A model generated the notes under the pieces. It ran no database searches and was not told the DNA's origin. It saw only the letters and a program-made list of their open reading frames with translations. A stretch of DNA of 64,000 nt from Mobula hypostoma (Eukaryota). The stretch covers positions 125,056,001 through 125,120,000 of the forward strand of contig NC_086097.1 of NCBI RefSeq assembly GCF_963921235.1, written 5' to 3'. The position numbers and the translations under genes were made by a program. This document shows, one piece after another, positions 62,385 to 64,000 of this stretch (the stretch's first letter is position 1; each line of letters begins with the position of its first letter).

Positions 62385-63298
62385 GACGTGATGGAGGTAT
62401 ACAAAATGATAAGAGGCTTGGACCAAGTAGATAGCCAGAGACTTTTTCAGAGCGTGGAAGTGGCTAATACTAGGGGACAAGATGATTGTCAGGAAGTATG
62501 GGGGGGGGGGGGTTCCAGTGGTAAGTTTTTTACATAGAGATTATTGAGTGCTTTGTACACACTGCCAGGGGTGGTGATGGAGGCAGGAACTTCGGGGGCA
62601 TTTAAGAAACTCTTAGATAAATAGGCACATAGATGATAGAAAAATGGAGGGCTATATAGGAGAGAACTGTTAGATTAATCTTAGAGCAGGCTAAAATGTC
62701 GGCACAACACCTTGAGCCAAAGGAGCTGAACTGTGCTGTTACGTTCTCTGTTCTAACACATACTTGCTACTCATCAGCCCTCAGCTGAATGTAATTATGC
62801 TGCATATTTTGGGCCCCTTATCTAAGAAAGAATATCCTGGTGTTGGAGAGGGTCCAGAGGAGGTTCATGAGAATGATTTGGGAATGAAAGAGTTAATGTA
62901 CAAGGAGAGCTTAATGGCTCTGAGCCTGTACTCACTGGAGTTTAGAAGAATGAGGGGGATCTCACCGAAACCTATCAAATATTTAAAAGCCTCAAGTGGA
63001 TGTGGAGAGGAACAGAGGGCACAGCCTCAGAATAGAACAGGAACATAAAGAGGAATTGCTTTAGCCAGGGAGAGGTGAATCTGTGGACTTCATCACCACA
63101 GATGGCAATGGAGGCTAAGTCATCAGGTATATTTAAAGTGGTGGTTGATAGGTTCTTGATAAGTAAGAATGTCAAAGGTTATGGGGAGAAGCCAGGAGAA
63201 TGGGATTGAGAGAGATAATAAGTCAGCCATGATGGAATGGCAAGGCAGACTCAATGAGCCGAATGGCCTAATTCTGCTCCGATATCTTATGGTCTTAA
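62385..63298 (+). mobile_element. Two tandem CR1 3'-end fragments
   Basis: 62385-62755 and 62800-63298 each end in a CR1 3' UTR; LSLYSLEFRRMRG motif. Confidence 0.8.
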
Positions 63299-64000
63299 GT
63301 TTGCAATATAGTTAATAGTTGTTAAACCAGCTCATCCAGCTGAGACATGTAAAACAGAATTATATAACTCCATTGCCTAACACAAAGGAATTTGCAGGCA
63401 GTCCATTCATGTAAAGATCTACTATCGTCTGATTTTTTTAAACGTTCACTCCATTAAACCCTTCACCCTTACTGGGACACAGGCTGCTGACAGCTGCTCA
63501 TCAGAGCTCCCTGGCCTGGGCCAGTCTCTCAGGTTGTCCCCAGGTGTAGCCCATCGTCTTGCTGTTTCCTTCCTCTCACAGGGTTGAGCTCTTCGGAGCT
63601 TCTGTTAGCGTTTCTGTAGCTCCGGCGTTTTAGGTGACATGGTTACCAGCCCCACACTGAACCCTCCTCCCTTCGCAACTGAGCTTTTGTGAGCAACTGA
63701 ACGGTGTTAGGGACTGTCCATGGTGGAGTTTTTTTAAAAACAAATTTTTAAACTGAACAAAAGTAATTGCAGTTGAAGGGACAATTTCCCATTTATTGAC
63801 ATAACACTGCTTAGTAGCGGAATATAAATAAAATGCACCCTTTAATAGTTCCTCCAATACAGTGTCATATCTATATTACCACAAACATTCCTGGAATTTA
63901 TCTCCTTTCCATACATTCACAGTTTATACATAGAACATAGAACGTTACAGCTCAGTACAGGCTGCTTGGACCACAATGTTGTTGTGAACTTTTAACCACC

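Noticed and set aside
1..64000. Prokaryotic systems (retrons, DGRs, defence islands) suggested by the many RT ORFs
   Set aside because: All RTs carry eukaryotic LINE, Gypsy or Penelope signatures, are fragmented, and lack operon structure.

Overview
Eukaryotic, repeat-dominated vertebrate DNA. The repeat content (CR1 LINEs, Rex1/Babar LINEs, Penelope-like elements, V-SINEs) looks like a cartilaginous fish, probably a ray; this is an inference. I find no intact host protein-coding gene, rRNA, tRNA gene or CRISPR array. Every recognisable ORF is transposon-derived. Main elements: a young full-length but stop-disrupted CsRn1-clade Ty3/Gypsy provirus (13002-17340, tRNA-Trp PBS, 4-bp TSD); other Gypsy remnants and solo LTRs; many CR1 and Rex1/Babar fragments; Tc1, hAT and Harbinger non-autonomous DNA transposons; SINEs; and about a dozen Penelope-like terminal repeats carrying a minimal type I hammerhead ribozyme motif (core-intact copy at 24036-24073, minus strand). 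The few non-repetitive islands hold candidate minus-strand microexons, a recursive-splice-like site and a perfect RFX X-box, so the window may lie inside a long intron. Family assignments come from my own motif recognition, not from database searches. Boundaries of old fragments are approximate.
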